From Candidatus Poribacteria bacterium (GTDB lineage Bacteria > Poribacteria > WGA-4E > PCPOR2b): DNA of 64,000 nucleotides. The position numbers were made by a program, and so were the translations under genes. Of this stretch, positions 32,501 through 42,800 are shown piece after piece (position 1 is the first letter of the stretch; every line of letters starts with the position of its first letter). Location of the stretch: the NCBI GenBank assembly GCA_965116925.1, contig OZ220744.1, forward strand, positions 5,760,001 through 5,824,000, in the 5' to 3' direction. The notes under the pieces were generated by a model, which worked only from the letters and a program-made list of their open reading frames with translations, searched no databases and was not told where the DNA came from.

Positions 32501-32732
32501 CTTCGGCTTAATTCCGATGGCAATCGGGTTGGGTGGGAAGTCGCCGATCTGGATGCCGATTGCCTACACAATCATCTTTGGCCTTTCCGCAGCGACCTTG
32601 CTAACGTTGTTTGTCATGCCCGCGTTATATGCGATAACAGCGGATGTGCGCGAGTTATTCATCAAGCGGGATCGGAGAACCGAGCCGGTATTTGAAGATG
32701 TGACCCTCGTTGCTGAGCGTGCGGACGATTGA
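29592..32732 (+). CDS. RND efflux transporter permease (AcrB/AcrD/AcrF family)
   Basis: 1046 aa, GIVVDDAIVVIENV, RLRPIILTS, two large periplasmic loops. Confidence 0.95.
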   Translation: MSIPKLSVGNPVLANLFMIIIIIFGVYAWIVLPRDLIPEISFQSATVTTFYPGASSEDVEKLVTVPIEDAVIESVNKTDIIVSISSEGRSLITVQFEEISDRDFDKEFQNLRTAVDRVNDLPAEILDEPQVLEIDTSSGFPMLTIVVGGEISEDQMKEIAEDLKDEILEIKNVSAVRLAGVREREIWVEANPDQLKAYNLPIEAVINALRTHNLNLPAGTLEMGTSEYLVRTMGEFNNLQEIENTIIRARPTGTPLRVRDVATVSDTYEKPRTLSNINGKPSISLSVQKKTEGNTIKLVKQIRELVEQRKQNLPEGTELSVVNDYSVILQERLGILENNAIFGLILVVVLLYIFMGWRNAFFAALGIPVAFMATFFFLHWSGYTLSGVTLFGLILVVGIVVDDAIVVIENVFRRIQEGMPPKEAAIAGAQEVGWPVLAASLTTIAAFGPLMFMSGTSGQFLRIVPITAILVILASLFEVFMILPSHIAEWGKAQSRTQRRHVWFDRIRRRYVRILKVTIRRRYVVVCGVLVFGVLVTIGAFSQLERQLFPGEDFPQFYIKAEMPPSFGLKETSAALAKIEEVAMSLPSDELVAVVTNIGLITPTSLLEGSSVRSNVGEVLVELVPKDQRRRSTDEIVADLRGKVDAISGIEKLTFDAQQGGPPQGTDVEVKVKGERFEPLEKIANSLKEKLHQMDGVYDIRDDFVTGKSEIRLRVKEDRAYQYGLNIFQIAYNVRNALEGNITTTYRDADESVDVIVKYDSDDLQSIANLEELLIPAPNGTMVPLRDVAEAREEGGYSEIRRFENERAITVSAAVDSDKTSAFAVNQALIQTFKDIESLYPGYRLDFRGVFDQINESFGQLGRLFGVGILIMYVILGAQFKSFIQPVIILFAVPFGFMGSMVGLLIIGAPLSMVALFGTVALAGIVVNDSIVMIDFINQYRLRGYNKWRAILTGGSIRLRPIILTSVTTIFGLIPMAIGLGGKSPIWMPIAYTIIFGLSAATLLTLFVMPALYAITADVRELFIKRDRRTEPVFEDVTLVAERADD

Positions 32733-32772
32733 AACATCAAATTCTATACATCTCTTTTGAAGGGGAGTGCCT

Positions 32773-33795
32773 ATGTCAAATATTAAAACTGTTGTTACTG
32801 CTGACGAACTGCGAGCGCGTCTCGACAGGCTGCCGAGGTTGTATTTGGCAGACCTGCCGACACCGCTGCTCGACTGCCCACGCCTATCCAAAGCCTTAGA
32901 TGGTCCGCACATCCTAGTGAAACGGGAAGATCAGACCGGGATGGCGTTTGGCGGAAATAAAGTCCGAGAGTTCGAGTATTCCGTTGCCCCCGCGGTGGAG
33001 GGGCGATACGATGTCCTGCTACACGGTGCCGCCTCCCAATCCAATCAGTCGCGATTGACGGCGGCGGTCGCAGCGCGATTGGGGTTGAAAGCGGTGATGG
33101 TAGGCAGGAAGGATGCCCACGCCGAGCCGGTGAACGGAAATCTACTGTTGAGCCACCTATTTGGGGCAGAAGTTAATCTCGTGGAGACCGCTGAAGAGCG
33201 GGAAGCGGTGCTTGAACGCTTAGAATCGGAAGGTCGTCGGGTATACAACACTAGCAGCGATGGATATTACCTGCGAAGCGTATCTTATGTGGATGGCTTT
33301 CTCGAACTATGGGATCAACTTCAAGGAAGAGACATTTACCCTAACGCACTCTATGTCTGCTCAGGAGTACACACCCATGTGGGACTAGTAGTTGGGGCAA
33401 GAGCGTTGGGAATTCCATTGAGGATTGTAGGAATTAGTCCCAGTCCACAAGACAACGCAGAATCAAACACTAACCTTGCAAAGGTCGCCAACGAAGTATC
33501 TCAGATACTCGATCTGGATCTGGATTTTTCAGCGGCTGATTTTGAGAGTTACGGGGAATACGCTGGCGAGGCCTACGGTGTGGTGACTCCCGGCAGCAAA
33601 GAAGCGGTCATCTTGGCTGCACAAACAGAGGCACTGGTGCTAGACCCAGTCTACACAGGAAAGACATTTGGGGGAATGATTGACCACATCCGACAGGGAC
33701 AGTTTACGACGGATCAGACGGTGGTGTTTGTACACACCGGTGGGACACCTGCCCTGTTCGCCTATGGAGATGAGATCTTAGGAGAATCAAGATAG
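32773..33795 (+). CDS. PLP-dependent D-cysteine desulfhydrase/ACC deaminase family enzyme
   Basis: KREDQTG..FGGNKVR, LDPVYTGK, FVHTGG. Confidence 0.9.
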   Translation: MSNIKTVVTADELRARLDRLPRLYLADLPTPLLDCPRLSKALDGPHILVKREDQTGMAFGGNKVREFEYSVAPAVEGRYDVLLHGAASQSNQSRLTAAVAARLGLKAVMVGRKDAHAEPVNGNLLLSHLFGAEVNLVETAEEREAVLERLESEGRRVYNTSSDGYYLRSVSYVDGFLELWDQLQGRDIYPNALYVCSGVHTHVGLVVGARALGIPLRIVGISPSPQDNAESNTNLAKVANEVSQILDLDLDFSAADFESYGEYAGEAYGVVTPGSKEAVILAAQTEALVLDPVYTGKTFGGMIDHIRQGQFTTDQTVVFVHTGGTPALFAYGDEILGESR

Positions 33796-33827
33796 CTTGT
33801 AACTTCAGACGAAAGGAGATCTCCAAC

Positions 33828-34130
33828 ATGAATGTTATCGCAGATCTATGCGTCGTCCCGATAGGTGTCGGCGTATCGGTTTCCAAATATGTTGCTGAGT
33901 GCGAACGTATCCTCAAGGACGCAGGATTGAAAACCAAACTACATGCTTACGGTACCAACATCGAGGGGGATTGGGATGCGGTCTTCGCTGCAATTAAAGA
34001 GTGTCATCAGGTCGTCCATGAGATGGGTGCCCCTCGAATCAGCACGACGCTCAAGTTTGGCACACGCACCGATCGCGCACAGACGATGGACGATAAGATA
34101 AACAGCGTTGTACATCAGCTGGAAGCGTAG
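33828..34130 (+). CDS. MTH1187/YkoF-like thiamine-binding protein
   Basis: VVPIGVGVSVSKYV, HAYGTNIEG, GAPRI. Confidence 0.9.
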   Translation: MNVIADLCVVPIGVGVSVSKYVAECERILKDAGLKTKLHAYGTNIEGDWDAVFAAIKECHQVVHEMGAPRISTTLKFGTRTDRAQTMDDKINSVVHQLEA

Positions 34131-34266
34131 TTACCTAATTGCTGCCGTATCTATCTGGCTCACATCAAAAGAAAGTGCAAAACGATAAGAACGCGGAACG
34201 TGATGCGTGAAACGTGAAAACCGTTTATTTATCGGTTCATTATTTACCGAGAGGAGTAAGATAGTT

Positions 34267-35583
34267 ATGGATCTGTTTGACCAGAATCTCCAGCAAAATC
34301 GGAAAAGATCTGGTCCGCTAGCGCACCGGATGCGTCCCGACACACTCGACGAATTTGTGGGACAGGAACATCTATTAGGGCCGGAGCAACCCCTCTATCT
34401 CGCGATTACAGATGATACCGTGATGTCCTGCATTTTTTGGGGACCACCGGGCTGCGGAAAAACTACTCTAGCGCAGATCATCGCTCAGTGCACAAAGGCG
34501 CATTTCGAGCATGTCAACGCCAGCACAACCGGGGTGCCAGAGCTACGCAAGCAGATTGCCGAAGCTGAAGAACGTCTTAAGTTTCACGACCAACGGACTA
34601 TCCTGTTCTTGGATGAGATCCACCGCTTCAATAAAGCACAACAGGACTTTCTGCTCTCTTTCGTAGAAGATGGAACGCTTGTGTTAATCGGTGCGACAAC
34701 CGAAAATCCCTCCTTTGAGGTCAACGCCCCACTCCTCTCCCGGATGCAGGTGTATCCATTTCGACCACTAGAATCGTCCCATATATGTCGGTTGGTGGAT
34801 CGTGCACTCGCCGATACCGAGAGCGGTTTGGGAAGGTATCAGATCTCACTTTCGGATGATGCGATAGATGCTCTAACTCAAGTGGCTGATGGTGATGTAC
34901 GCCTTGCCCTCAACGCATTGGAACTCGCCGTACAGACCTGCAAACCGGATGAGCAACAGGTACGTTATATAGATGCCGAAAACATTCAAAAAGCCGTGCA
35001 GAAGCGGATGTTGCGCCACGATAAATCGGGCGATGAACACTATAACTTGATTTCCGCTTTCATCAAAAGTATGCGCGGATCTGACCCCGATGCTACCGTC
35101 TATTGGTTGGCACGGTTATTGGAAGCGGGAGAGGATGCCCGTTTCATTGCGCGGCGCATGGTAATCCTCGCATCTGAAGATGTTGGAAACGCAGACCCGC
35201 AGGGGCTGCTGATTGCAGATGCAGCCGCCCGCGCGGTTGAATTTGTCGGGCTTCCAGAAGCCCAATTGAATTTGGCACACGCTGCTGTCTATCTCGCTTG
35301 CGCGCCAAAAAGCAATGCCGCTTATATGGCTTTGCTTGCAGCGCAAAAAGATGTGCGCGAGGAGCCCGCTTATCCTGTGCCAATCCATCTACGAAATGCA
35401 CCGACACAGCTAATGAAAGAGCTCGGTTACGGAAAAGAGTACAAGTACGCTCACGATTTTGAGCACCACATCGTGAAACAGGACCATCTCCCCGACGCCT
35501 TGCGCGACAAGCAGTACTATGAACCCACCGATATTGGGGATGAACAGCGCATCCGCGAGTATCTGGAAAAGATAAGAAAATGA
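34267..35583 (+). CDS. rarA: Replication-associated recombination protein A
   Basis: PLAHRMRP, GPPGCGKTT, DEIHRFNKAQQD, ISAFIKSMRGSDPDA. Confidence 0.96.
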   Translation: MDLFDQNLQQNRKRSGPLAHRMRPDTLDEFVGQEHLLGPEQPLYLAITDDTVMSCIFWGPPGCGKTTLAQIIAQCTKAHFEHVNASTTGVPELRKQIAEAEERLKFHDQRTILFLDEIHRFNKAQQDFLLSFVEDGTLVLIGATTENPSFEVNAPLLSRMQVYPFRPLESSHICRLVDRALADTESGLGRYQISLSDDAIDALTQVADGDVRLALNALELAVQTCKPDEQQVRYIDAENIQKAVQKRMLRHDKSGDEHYNLISAFIKSMRGSDPDATVYWLARLLEAGEDARFIARRMVILASEDVGNADPQGLLIADAAARAVEFVGLPEAQLNLAHAAVYLACAPKSNAAYMALLAAQKDVREEPAYPVPIHLRNAPTQLMKELGYGKEYKYAHDFEHHIVKQDHLPDALRDKQYYEPTDIGDEQRIREYLEKIRK

Positions 35584-35653
35584 CCGTGTAATAGTGTAGG
35601 GAACGCAGATCTGTGTTCTCTACGACGTACTTGTAAGAAAGAGGAAAATCAGA

Positions 35654-36304
35654 GTGGCAGAAGCGAAGCGATCCTACCGTGCCATGTTAATGTCAATGAT
35701 CATCCCCGGATTGGGACAGATTTATCTACGTAAGCTGTTTAAGGGTGTCATTATATTTATAGGTATTATCTTGGCAATGGTGCTCATCTACGCCAACTCA
35801 TTACCTGTAACCAGCTGGCGAGATCTAATCCACCTAGATCGAACTGAAACATCCCCGGACGATCGGGGTGCAATAGGACAAACGGAAACGTACCCAGAAG
35901 CAGACACCTCTAGCTCGACAGGCAAGGACCCGAGACAGTGGCGTGGTTACACCCTATACACTTCTGACAGCAAGTTTATGTTCCGGATTACCGCAGATTT
36001 GGATAGCCATCTAATAGACAACAAGGAACTCTCGACGGAATGGGTGCAGGAGTTTCGGAAGCATAAAGTCTTAATTTATAAAGGGGCAACGGTTTCGACC
36101 AAAAAGGAAGGCAGTTGGTGGTTGATAGATGATTACTATCAGACATATTCCGTGAGGAAAAGCGAATATGGATTAGACATTTATAGCACCGCACAATGGC
36201 GGTTTCGCCCCCGTTGGCAGTTCAAGATTACCGGACTGATTCAACTCCTAATCTTCTGGGGATACGCAGTTTTCGATGGCTGGATTGGACGAAGGCAGGA
36301 ATAG
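35654..36304 (+). CDS. Hypothetical membrane protein
   Basis: N-terminal SMIIPGLGQIY hairpin motif, long extracytoplasmic loop, C-terminal TM helix. Confidence 0.7.
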   Translation: MAEAKRSYRAMLMSMIIPGLGQIYLRKLFKGVIIFIGIILAMVLIYANSLPVTSWRDLIHLDRTETSPDDRGAIGQTETYPEADTSSSTGKDPRQWRGYTLYTSDSKFMFRITADLDSHLIDNKELSTEWVQEFRKHKVLIYKGATVSTKKEGSWWLIDDYYQTYSVRKSEYGLDIYSTAQWRFRPRWQFKITGLIQLLIFWGYAVFDGWIGRRQE

Positions 36305-36370
36305 ACAAATGAGCGTCCAACGGGAGTAAAAGAAACGTCGAAGATTTTCGACTTGTCGGAGGAGATACAA

Positions 36371-36799
36371 ATGACAGTACAAGAACAGGTTAAGGGCGCA
36401 AACCTCAATTTTTATCAAGCGATGCAAAATCTGAGCATTGACATGATGGACAACGTATGGCTACAAGTGGATTGGGTGCAATGTATTCACCCAAATTGGG
36501 AAACAATCACCGGCTGGGAGGAGATTCGCGCGAGTTGGGTAAATATCTTTCAGAACACACATCGAATGCACATCCACCCTAGCGAGGTCGCGATCCACAT
36601 AGATAGCCAATTCGCTTGGGTGACCTGCGTGGAATCTATTCACACCTTTGCTGGCGGCAGGATGGGCATATCCTTTGCACAAGCGACAAATGTTTTCAAG
36701 TACGAGGGAGAGGATTGGAAGATGGTACATCACCACGCGTCCCCATTGCCGAGAGAGGTGGCACTTTCTGGCACCGCAGCGGCACCATCGTTGAATTAG
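36371..36799 (+). CDS. NTF2/SnoaL-like protein
   Basis: CIHP.W..I.GWEEIRASW, ATNVF...WKMVHHHASP. Confidence 0.88.
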   Translation: MTVQEQVKGANLNFYQAMQNLSIDMMDNVWLQVDWVQCIHPNWETITGWEEIRASWVNIFQNTHRMHIHPSEVAIHIDSQFAWVTCVESIHTFAGGRMGISFAQATNVFKYEGEDWKMVHHHASPLPREVALSGTAAAPSLN

Positions 36800-36911
36800 C
36801 TGCTTGATACAAACAGAGAGGTTTCAAACGGCGAAAGTTTTCGTTGTTGCTGCTTTCGCCAGTGTGTTACAATCATTTAACATTTCAATTTATCAATAGG
36901 AGGAACAAACC

Positions 36912-37370
36912 TTGTTATCTCAATTATTGCAGAAAAAGTATTTCAGAATTGGGGCGTTAAGTCTCGGAATCATCGCTGCGCTGATTGTGATTCCCGTGGT
37001 TGCCAATCAGATATTTGATGAAGAGGTCATTGGGGATTTCAAGCACGTTAAAACCGAATACGATGAGAAACACACACCGAAGATCGAGTGTCCAGATGAA
37101 GTTGGTGTTGGAGAATGGTTTGATGTCACCATAACAATCGGTGCCGGTGCAGTCCACCCCACCCTTTATGAGCACTACGTCAACTGGATTGGTATCTACA
37201 AAAATGATGTGGAGATAGCACGGGCCTATCTGCACCCGATCTATACCATGCCTAAAGTCACTTTCACAATCGCTTTGGAAGAGAGCACGACATTGGTCGC
37301 AATGGAACAGCCGAACCATACCGCGCCTTGGCGGGCATCGAAAGAGATTAAGGTTGTAGAAAGAGAATAG
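36912..37370 (+). CDS. Exported superoxide reductase-like (class II SORL/desulfoferrodoxin) domain protein
   Basis: EKHTP, HPT..EHYVNWI, P.VTF; N-terminal hydrophobic segment; SD AGGAGG. Confidence 0.8.
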   Translation: MLSQLLQKKYFRIGALSLGIIAALIVIPVVANQIFDEEVIGDFKHVKTEYDEKHTPKIECPDEVGVGEWFDVTITIGAGAVHPTLYEHYVNWIGIYKNDVEIARAYLHPIYTMPKVTFTIALEESTTLVAMEQPNHTAPWRASKEIKVVERE

Positions 37371-37405
37371 GCTCAAAAACGGATATGTGAGTCGAGAACA
37401 TCAGT

Positions 37406-37445
37406 AAATAAAGGGGCGGGGTACTGTGCCGTCCCTTTATTTTTT
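37406..37445 (+). terminator. Probable intrinsic terminator
   Basis: AAAGGGGCGG...CCGTCCCTTT stem followed by a T run. Confidence 0.6.
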
Positions 37446-37469
37446 GGAGAAACTTCAGTTTGAAAACTC

Positions 37470-37585
37470 ACCGCAGAGGCGCAGAGGTCACAGAGATTTT
37501 TTTGGTTCACTAGTTCAGAGTGAACGAATGTACCAAATAAATAAATGAACTCATGTTTTCTCTGCGTTCTCCGCGTCTCTGCGGT
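37470..37585. repeat. ACCGCAGAG.CGCAGAG...CTCTGCGGT palindromic element
   Basis: Inverted arms; related copies at 43032-43101 and 63201-63263. Confidence 0.75.
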
Positions 37586-37607
37586 TAAAATGTAAGAGAG
37601 GAAAAAT

Positions 37608-37979
37608 ATGCCGTTTATCGCTGCCGAGGAATTACCGAAGATGGAGCTCTTTCCGGGCGCACTCAGTGGCATTGTTGCTGGAGAAGGTCTGATGCTCTCC
37701 TTTTTGGAGATGGCGGAGGGCAGTGAAGTGCCAGAGCACAGCCATCCGCATGAACAAGCGGGTCTGGTGTTGTCAGGAGAATTGCAGTTTAGAATCGGTT
37801 CAGAAGAAAAAATTCTAAAACCCGGGGAGGCGTTCATGGTTCCGCCAAATGTGGTGCATTCAGGCGTTGTTGCGAAGGGACCTGCGCGCGTCCTCGATAT
37901 CTTCACGCCGCCGCGGGAGGATTATATCGACCAGTACAATAAGCATACAAGCACCTCTGTCCAGACCAAGTGGGAGTAG
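37608..37979 (+). CDS. Cupin domain protein
   Basis: PEHSHPHEQ...PPNVVH, DIFTPPRED. Confidence 0.9.
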   Translation: MPFIAAEELPKMELFPGALSGIVAGEGLMLSFLEMAEGSEVPEHSHPHEQAGLVLSGELQFRIGSEEKILKPGEAFMVPPNVVHSGVVAKGPARVLDIFTPPREDYIDQYNKHTSTSVQTKWE

Positions 37980-38141
37980 GGGGATGTTACAGGTAAAATT
38001 AAAAAAGAAGCAGTGACGTTACTTGAACATCTCTCAGCAGAAAACCGAGAGCGATCATTGACTATCTTTGAATCCGTGTAATCCCTTAATCCGCGACAAT
38101 CTGCGATTCAGACAATAGCGTATTCATCTGGAGAATAAGCG

Positions 38142-39365
38142 ATGTTTGATAGTTTAACCGAACTCATCGAAAAAATATATCTGGGAGAAGACTCAACGAT
38201 TGAATTCAAGAGAGAGTTGCCTCACAGAGAGAGCCTCGCTGATGAAATCGCTGCTTTTGCCAATGCTAGCGGCGGGGTAATACTGACCGGTGTTGACGAC
38301 GATGGCGAAATTGTCGGTATGAACCGTCACGATCTGGGCAGGACTGAGAAAACAGTGGTTGAAATATGCCGGGACAGCATTGATCCCATGGTTCACATCC
38401 TTACAAAAAAACTGCGGATTGATGATAAAAATCTGCTAAAAATCGAGGTGCCTCGTAGCCCGTTTGTTCACAAATCATCTAACGGCTATTTCATCCGTCA
38501 AGGCAGCAGCAAAAGGGAGATGACCACTGAGCAGTTAGGGCGATTATTACAAAGTCGCTCGCAGGCACATAGAATCGCTTTTGATGAACAGTTCGTACCG
38601 AATACTCACAAAGATACGTTAAAGGAAACACTGTATCAGCGATTTATCACAGAAGGAGCGACCGATCGGGAAGAAATAGAAAACCTACTACTTAAAAGAC
38701 GTCTGCTGGTCAAAGAGGGTCAAGCGTACCGCGCCTCGGTAGCCGGCCTGTTAATGTGTCATGATAGACCCGACGATTACCTCTATAACAGTTTCATTCA
38801 AACCGTTTTTTATAATAGCGTGGAAAAGGATGCGAACTATCAGATTGATGCTAAAGATTTTAGGGGACCGTTAGACCAACAGATTGTGGATGCCTTTAAA
38901 TTTGCTGAAAGATACAATCAAGTATCGGCTCGCAAGGAGATTGGCAGAATCGAAAGACCACAATACAGCATGAGAGCCGTTTTTGAGGCGGTGGTTAACG
39001 CCGTAGTGCATAGAGATTATTCAAAAGCCGGATCGAAGATTCGTCTGTTTATGTTCACGGACCGGCTGGAACTCTATTCGCCGGGGGCATTGGCAAATAC
39101 CTTAACGGTGGACGATTTGCGCTATAATCAGGCAACCCGTAACGAACTCCTCGCTCGCCTACTTTCGGAAACGACACTCAGCGATGATATGGGTGCACAG
39201 GTAGTGCGGAGGCACTTTTTAGAACGTCGGGGTGAAGGGGTTGGTATCATTCTGAACGAAAGTGAGCGGTTAAGTGGCAAAATTCCTGTATACGAACTGT
39301 TCGGCGAAGAGTTACGCTTAACAATTTTTGCGGCAAAATCCCTGCAAGCAGAGTGGGAATTGTAG
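38142..39365 (+). CDS. AlbA_2 (Schlafen-like) plus HATPase_c_4 domain protein
   Basis: GEDSTIEFK, IAAFANASGG...GVDDDG, EAVVNAVVHRDY, SPG, RN.LLA. Confidence 0.85.
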   Translation: MFDSLTELIEKIYLGEDSTIEFKRELPHRESLADEIAAFANASGGVILTGVDDDGEIVGMNRHDLGRTEKTVVEICRDSIDPMVHILTKKLRIDDKNLLKIEVPRSPFVHKSSNGYFIRQGSSKREMTTEQLGRLLQSRSQAHRIAFDEQFVPNTHKDTLKETLYQRFITEGATDREEIENLLLKRRLLVKEGQAYRASVAGLLMCHDRPDDYLYNSFIQTVFYNSVEKDANYQIDAKDFRGPLDQQIVDAFKFAERYNQVSARKEIGRIERPQYSMRAVFEAVVNAVVHRDYSKAGSKIRLFMFTDRLELYSPGALANTLTVDDLRYNQATRNELLARLLSETTLSDDMGAQVVRRHFLERRGEGVGIILNESERLSGKIPVYELFGEELRLTIFAAKSLQAEWEL

Positions 39366-39370
39366 AAGCG

Positions 39371-39841
39371 ATGACCATAACGAAAAAAAAGACAATATAC
39401 CTTGCGAATCCCTACGGTTTCTCAGAGCAACAGCGAGAAACTGTGTTGCCCGCTCTGGTTAAGGCATTGGAAGCGATTGGCTTAGAAGTATGGGAGCCGT
39501 TTGAAAGAAATAATCAGGACAGATTATCCTCCGATTGGGCGTATCGCATTGGACAAAAGGACAAACAGGACGTATTTGACGCGGACGCGATTTTTGCGGT
39601 CGTGAACGGAGTGCCGCCAGATGAAGGGGTGATGATTGAGCTAGGGATAGCGATAGCACTCGGCAAGCCCATATTCCTATTTCGAGATGACTTCCGACGC
39701 GCCGTTGATAGTGATGTATATCCACTCAACCTGATGATTTTCAGTGGTCTGCCCCGTCTCGGATGGGAACGTTACTACTATACATCCATCAATGATATCC
39801 CATCGCCCGATAAAGCACTGGTAGGTTGGGCGAAAGAATAA
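39371..39841 (+). CDS. Nucleoside 2-deoxyribosyltransferase family protein
   Basis: IYLANPYGFS, PPDEGVMIELGIAIALGKP, LNLMI. Confidence 0.88.
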   Translation: MTITKKKTIYLANPYGFSEQQRETVLPALVKALEAIGLEVWEPFERNNQDRLSSDWAYRIGQKDKQDVFDADAIFAVVNGVPPDEGVMIELGIAIALGKPIFLFRDDFRRAVDSDVYPLNLMIFSGLPRLGWERYYYTSINDIPSPDKALVGWAKE

Positions 39842-39865
39842 AGGATAGGAAACACCAACCCAAAC

Positions 39866-42800
39866 TCAAAACTGAACCCCCGCAAAGAACCCGGGCCAAA
39901 TACGAACAGTCGTATCATCCCCTTGATATACGCGATCAAATCCGTATCCAAAATCCGAAGTGTCCTGTCTATCCGAGACGATGAAGTTGAGCGAAACACC
40001 ACCAAAGAGACTGAACCATTTGTGTTGCTCCCAGCCAAACCCAAGGCGCAGTTTGTTCAGGACGGTGTGTTCGTCATACCACCAAGTGTCCTCCTCCGAT
40101 TCGTCGGTATAACCTACCTGGCGCGTAATAAAGTCAACGTTCAGAAAAAATCGCCTGCTGAGCGGGATATGCCCACCGACACCAAACCCAGACGACCATC
40201 TGCCCAAATCGCCGTGCGGATAACTGCCCACCATCAACAAACTGTAAACGTGTCGGCTACCGATGCGAATCCCAAGGTTTGCGACCTCCGTATCGCTACC
40301 CCACAATTGCAGGTGCAGCGGGTTATCCTTAACAAAGCTGATTAATCCGAGGGGAATGCCGGACATCCGTCCGGAGACGTTGAGCAGCCCAACCTGTGCC
40401 GTACTTACATGCCCAGCGATGTTGAGAAGCCCAATTTGTGTCCCAATCCCACCGAGCGCAATATTGGCTACACCAATCTGTGTACCGGCGTACGGCATAT
40501 TTGCCTTTTGGTCCCAACCTAGCGCGATATTAGCCGCTGCGCTGAGTTGTGTTCCCTCCAAATTCCCAGCAATGTTCACTCCGGCTGCGGCTTGTAGGCT
40601 CCGACCTAGCACATTTCCACCAACGAGATTTAGCCCGGGGGTAATCTGTAACCCCTGAAGGTTACGGGCTGCAAAATTACCCCCGCCAGCGGCTTGAAAG
40701 CCCCGGACACTTCCACCCGCAGCGTTGATTCCTGCTGCCGCTTGGAAACCGTTCAGGTCGCCGCCGCTGGCGTTAAGACCTCCCGAAATTTGGAAACCCT
40801 CCACATTTCTGCCGACAGCGTTGAGTCCACCTGCAATCTGAAAACCATCTAACTCTCCACCGACGATATTGCCGACCCCGGCAAACTGTGCCCCCCGTGC
40901 TTCAACACCTTTAATATTCAACATCCCACCCAATTCGAGCCCATCAAGGTTCGTATGATAACCCGCAATGATATTGAGGGAAAGGTTTGTTGTGATATTG
41001 CGATTAGGATCTTGAAATCCGACGGTGCTTATCCACGGGATCAGTGAAATTGTCAGAGGCAGATGCAAATCGCCCCCTTTCGGGATTGGTGGTGTAACAC
41101 CATCATTCCTTTTTAAGGGAGATAACAGTTCCAAGTTGTCGGAGAGTTGATGTCGGAGAGTATTGGTAATTTGAGAAAGCAGCCCTTCGTTGTTGATTAC
41201 CTCCGGGTCAATCCCTTGATTGTTCAACAGTGAAATATATTTCCCGTTATAAAAGACGCGAGGTGTAATCTGCTGCGGGTAGCGCGTATCTTCGGACAGG
41301 TGGGAATACCAATCTTCGATACCGCGTGTCACATAATCCAATAGTCCCAACACCGTGACGGTCCCATCGGGGCCCGCTGCGCCCCGGTCCCGATCACTGC
41401 CGCGCAACCCTTTGAGCAGGAAGTAGGTGAACAGTCCATGTTTCAGGCGTGGCACTTCTGGTGCCCACTGATTACTATCACACGCGGTGAAGATGATGTT
41501 ACTCTCTTCACTATAACGTGATAACGCTACAACAAACTGCTCCTTCGGTGCCACCCGGCACGCATCAACGATAACGAAGCGGTGTTTTGCGTTTGCGCGG
41601 TTGAGAATCGCAAACAGATTTTCGAGACTCAGTCCACTGTCTGAGAGTGGATCGGTGACATCCATCGGTAGAAAGTAGCCTGTTCCATCGACATCCTCGC
41701 CATGCCCGGAGAGATAAACGGTCAGCAGGTCTACCGCTTCAAGTTGGGCGTGTCGCTGGAGCTGTTCAATCACATTCGCCTTCGTCGGCTGAATCAGACT
41801 ATCGGGTGTCATCAGCGTCACATTGACACCTGCATCTTGGAACACCTGTGCGACCGCTTTGGCATCATCGGCGGCATACTTGAGCGATTGGAAGGGGGAC
41901 GGATAGGTATCCACACCGATAACAACCGCCCAACGTCGCATGTTGACACCGCTTGCGGCACCCAGCTGGAAAGTGCCACCACCGGCAAGCGCCAACGCCC
42001 GTCGGCTCACCGCTATCGACTGTCCCTTTATTGTTGTAAGGGTTAAGGTTTCGTTTTGTTGCGGTATCAAGTCGGTAGAGAGAAACACCTCATCGAAGCG
42101 ATTCTCTGGACCCTCAAGGACAGGCTGCCACGCCAGATTCCACTGTTTGTGATCATTCTGAAGGTGTTGTACAAGTTGTCGGTATGTCAATTTATCACGC
42201 CATTGCGCTTCAATCGTCTGGTTCGCAGGATTTTGCAAATCCCGATTCATCGGGCTGCTCGGAACGGCATGGGAAAACACCCGACGATAGAGGGAATAGG
42301 TCATCGCGCTGACGGGCAGATAGGTCTCACCAATCGGGATGCGGAGTTCGTGAACAACTTGATTATAGGCAGCAGCTGCTAGCAGCAGCGCAAAGTCGGC
42401 AGATTCGTCCAAGATGTCCTCCGTATGGCTCACAATCTGCGTAGGTTGAACGACTCCCGTTGGTGTATCCGTCACCGGCGTGCCTTTGGGTCGCCCCAAA
42501 CGAATCTCCCGGAGTATATCGCCGGAGTAGCATGTGTCGATAATGCAGACAACCTGCTGCGTCGGAAGTTCTTGGAGTAGGGTGTTGAGTTCATCATCTA
42601 GGAGGTACGTCCTCGGCGATGCCAAATCCGCATCCACAGGCAGCAGGGCTTCGTCGTTCCTGTCTGGGTATCGCCCCTTCGCCTCATCACCCGGAAAAGT
42701 TCCGAGCTTGTCAATAATCTGCGTCCCGTGTCCGCTAAAATAGAAGAGTAGACTATCAGAAGGGGTCAGGCGTCGGTTGAGCTCCCGAAATTTACGCTGA

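Noticed and set aside
37373..37906. 177-aa minus-strand ORF
   Set aside because: It is antisense to the cupin gene and runs through a palindromic repeat and a terminator.
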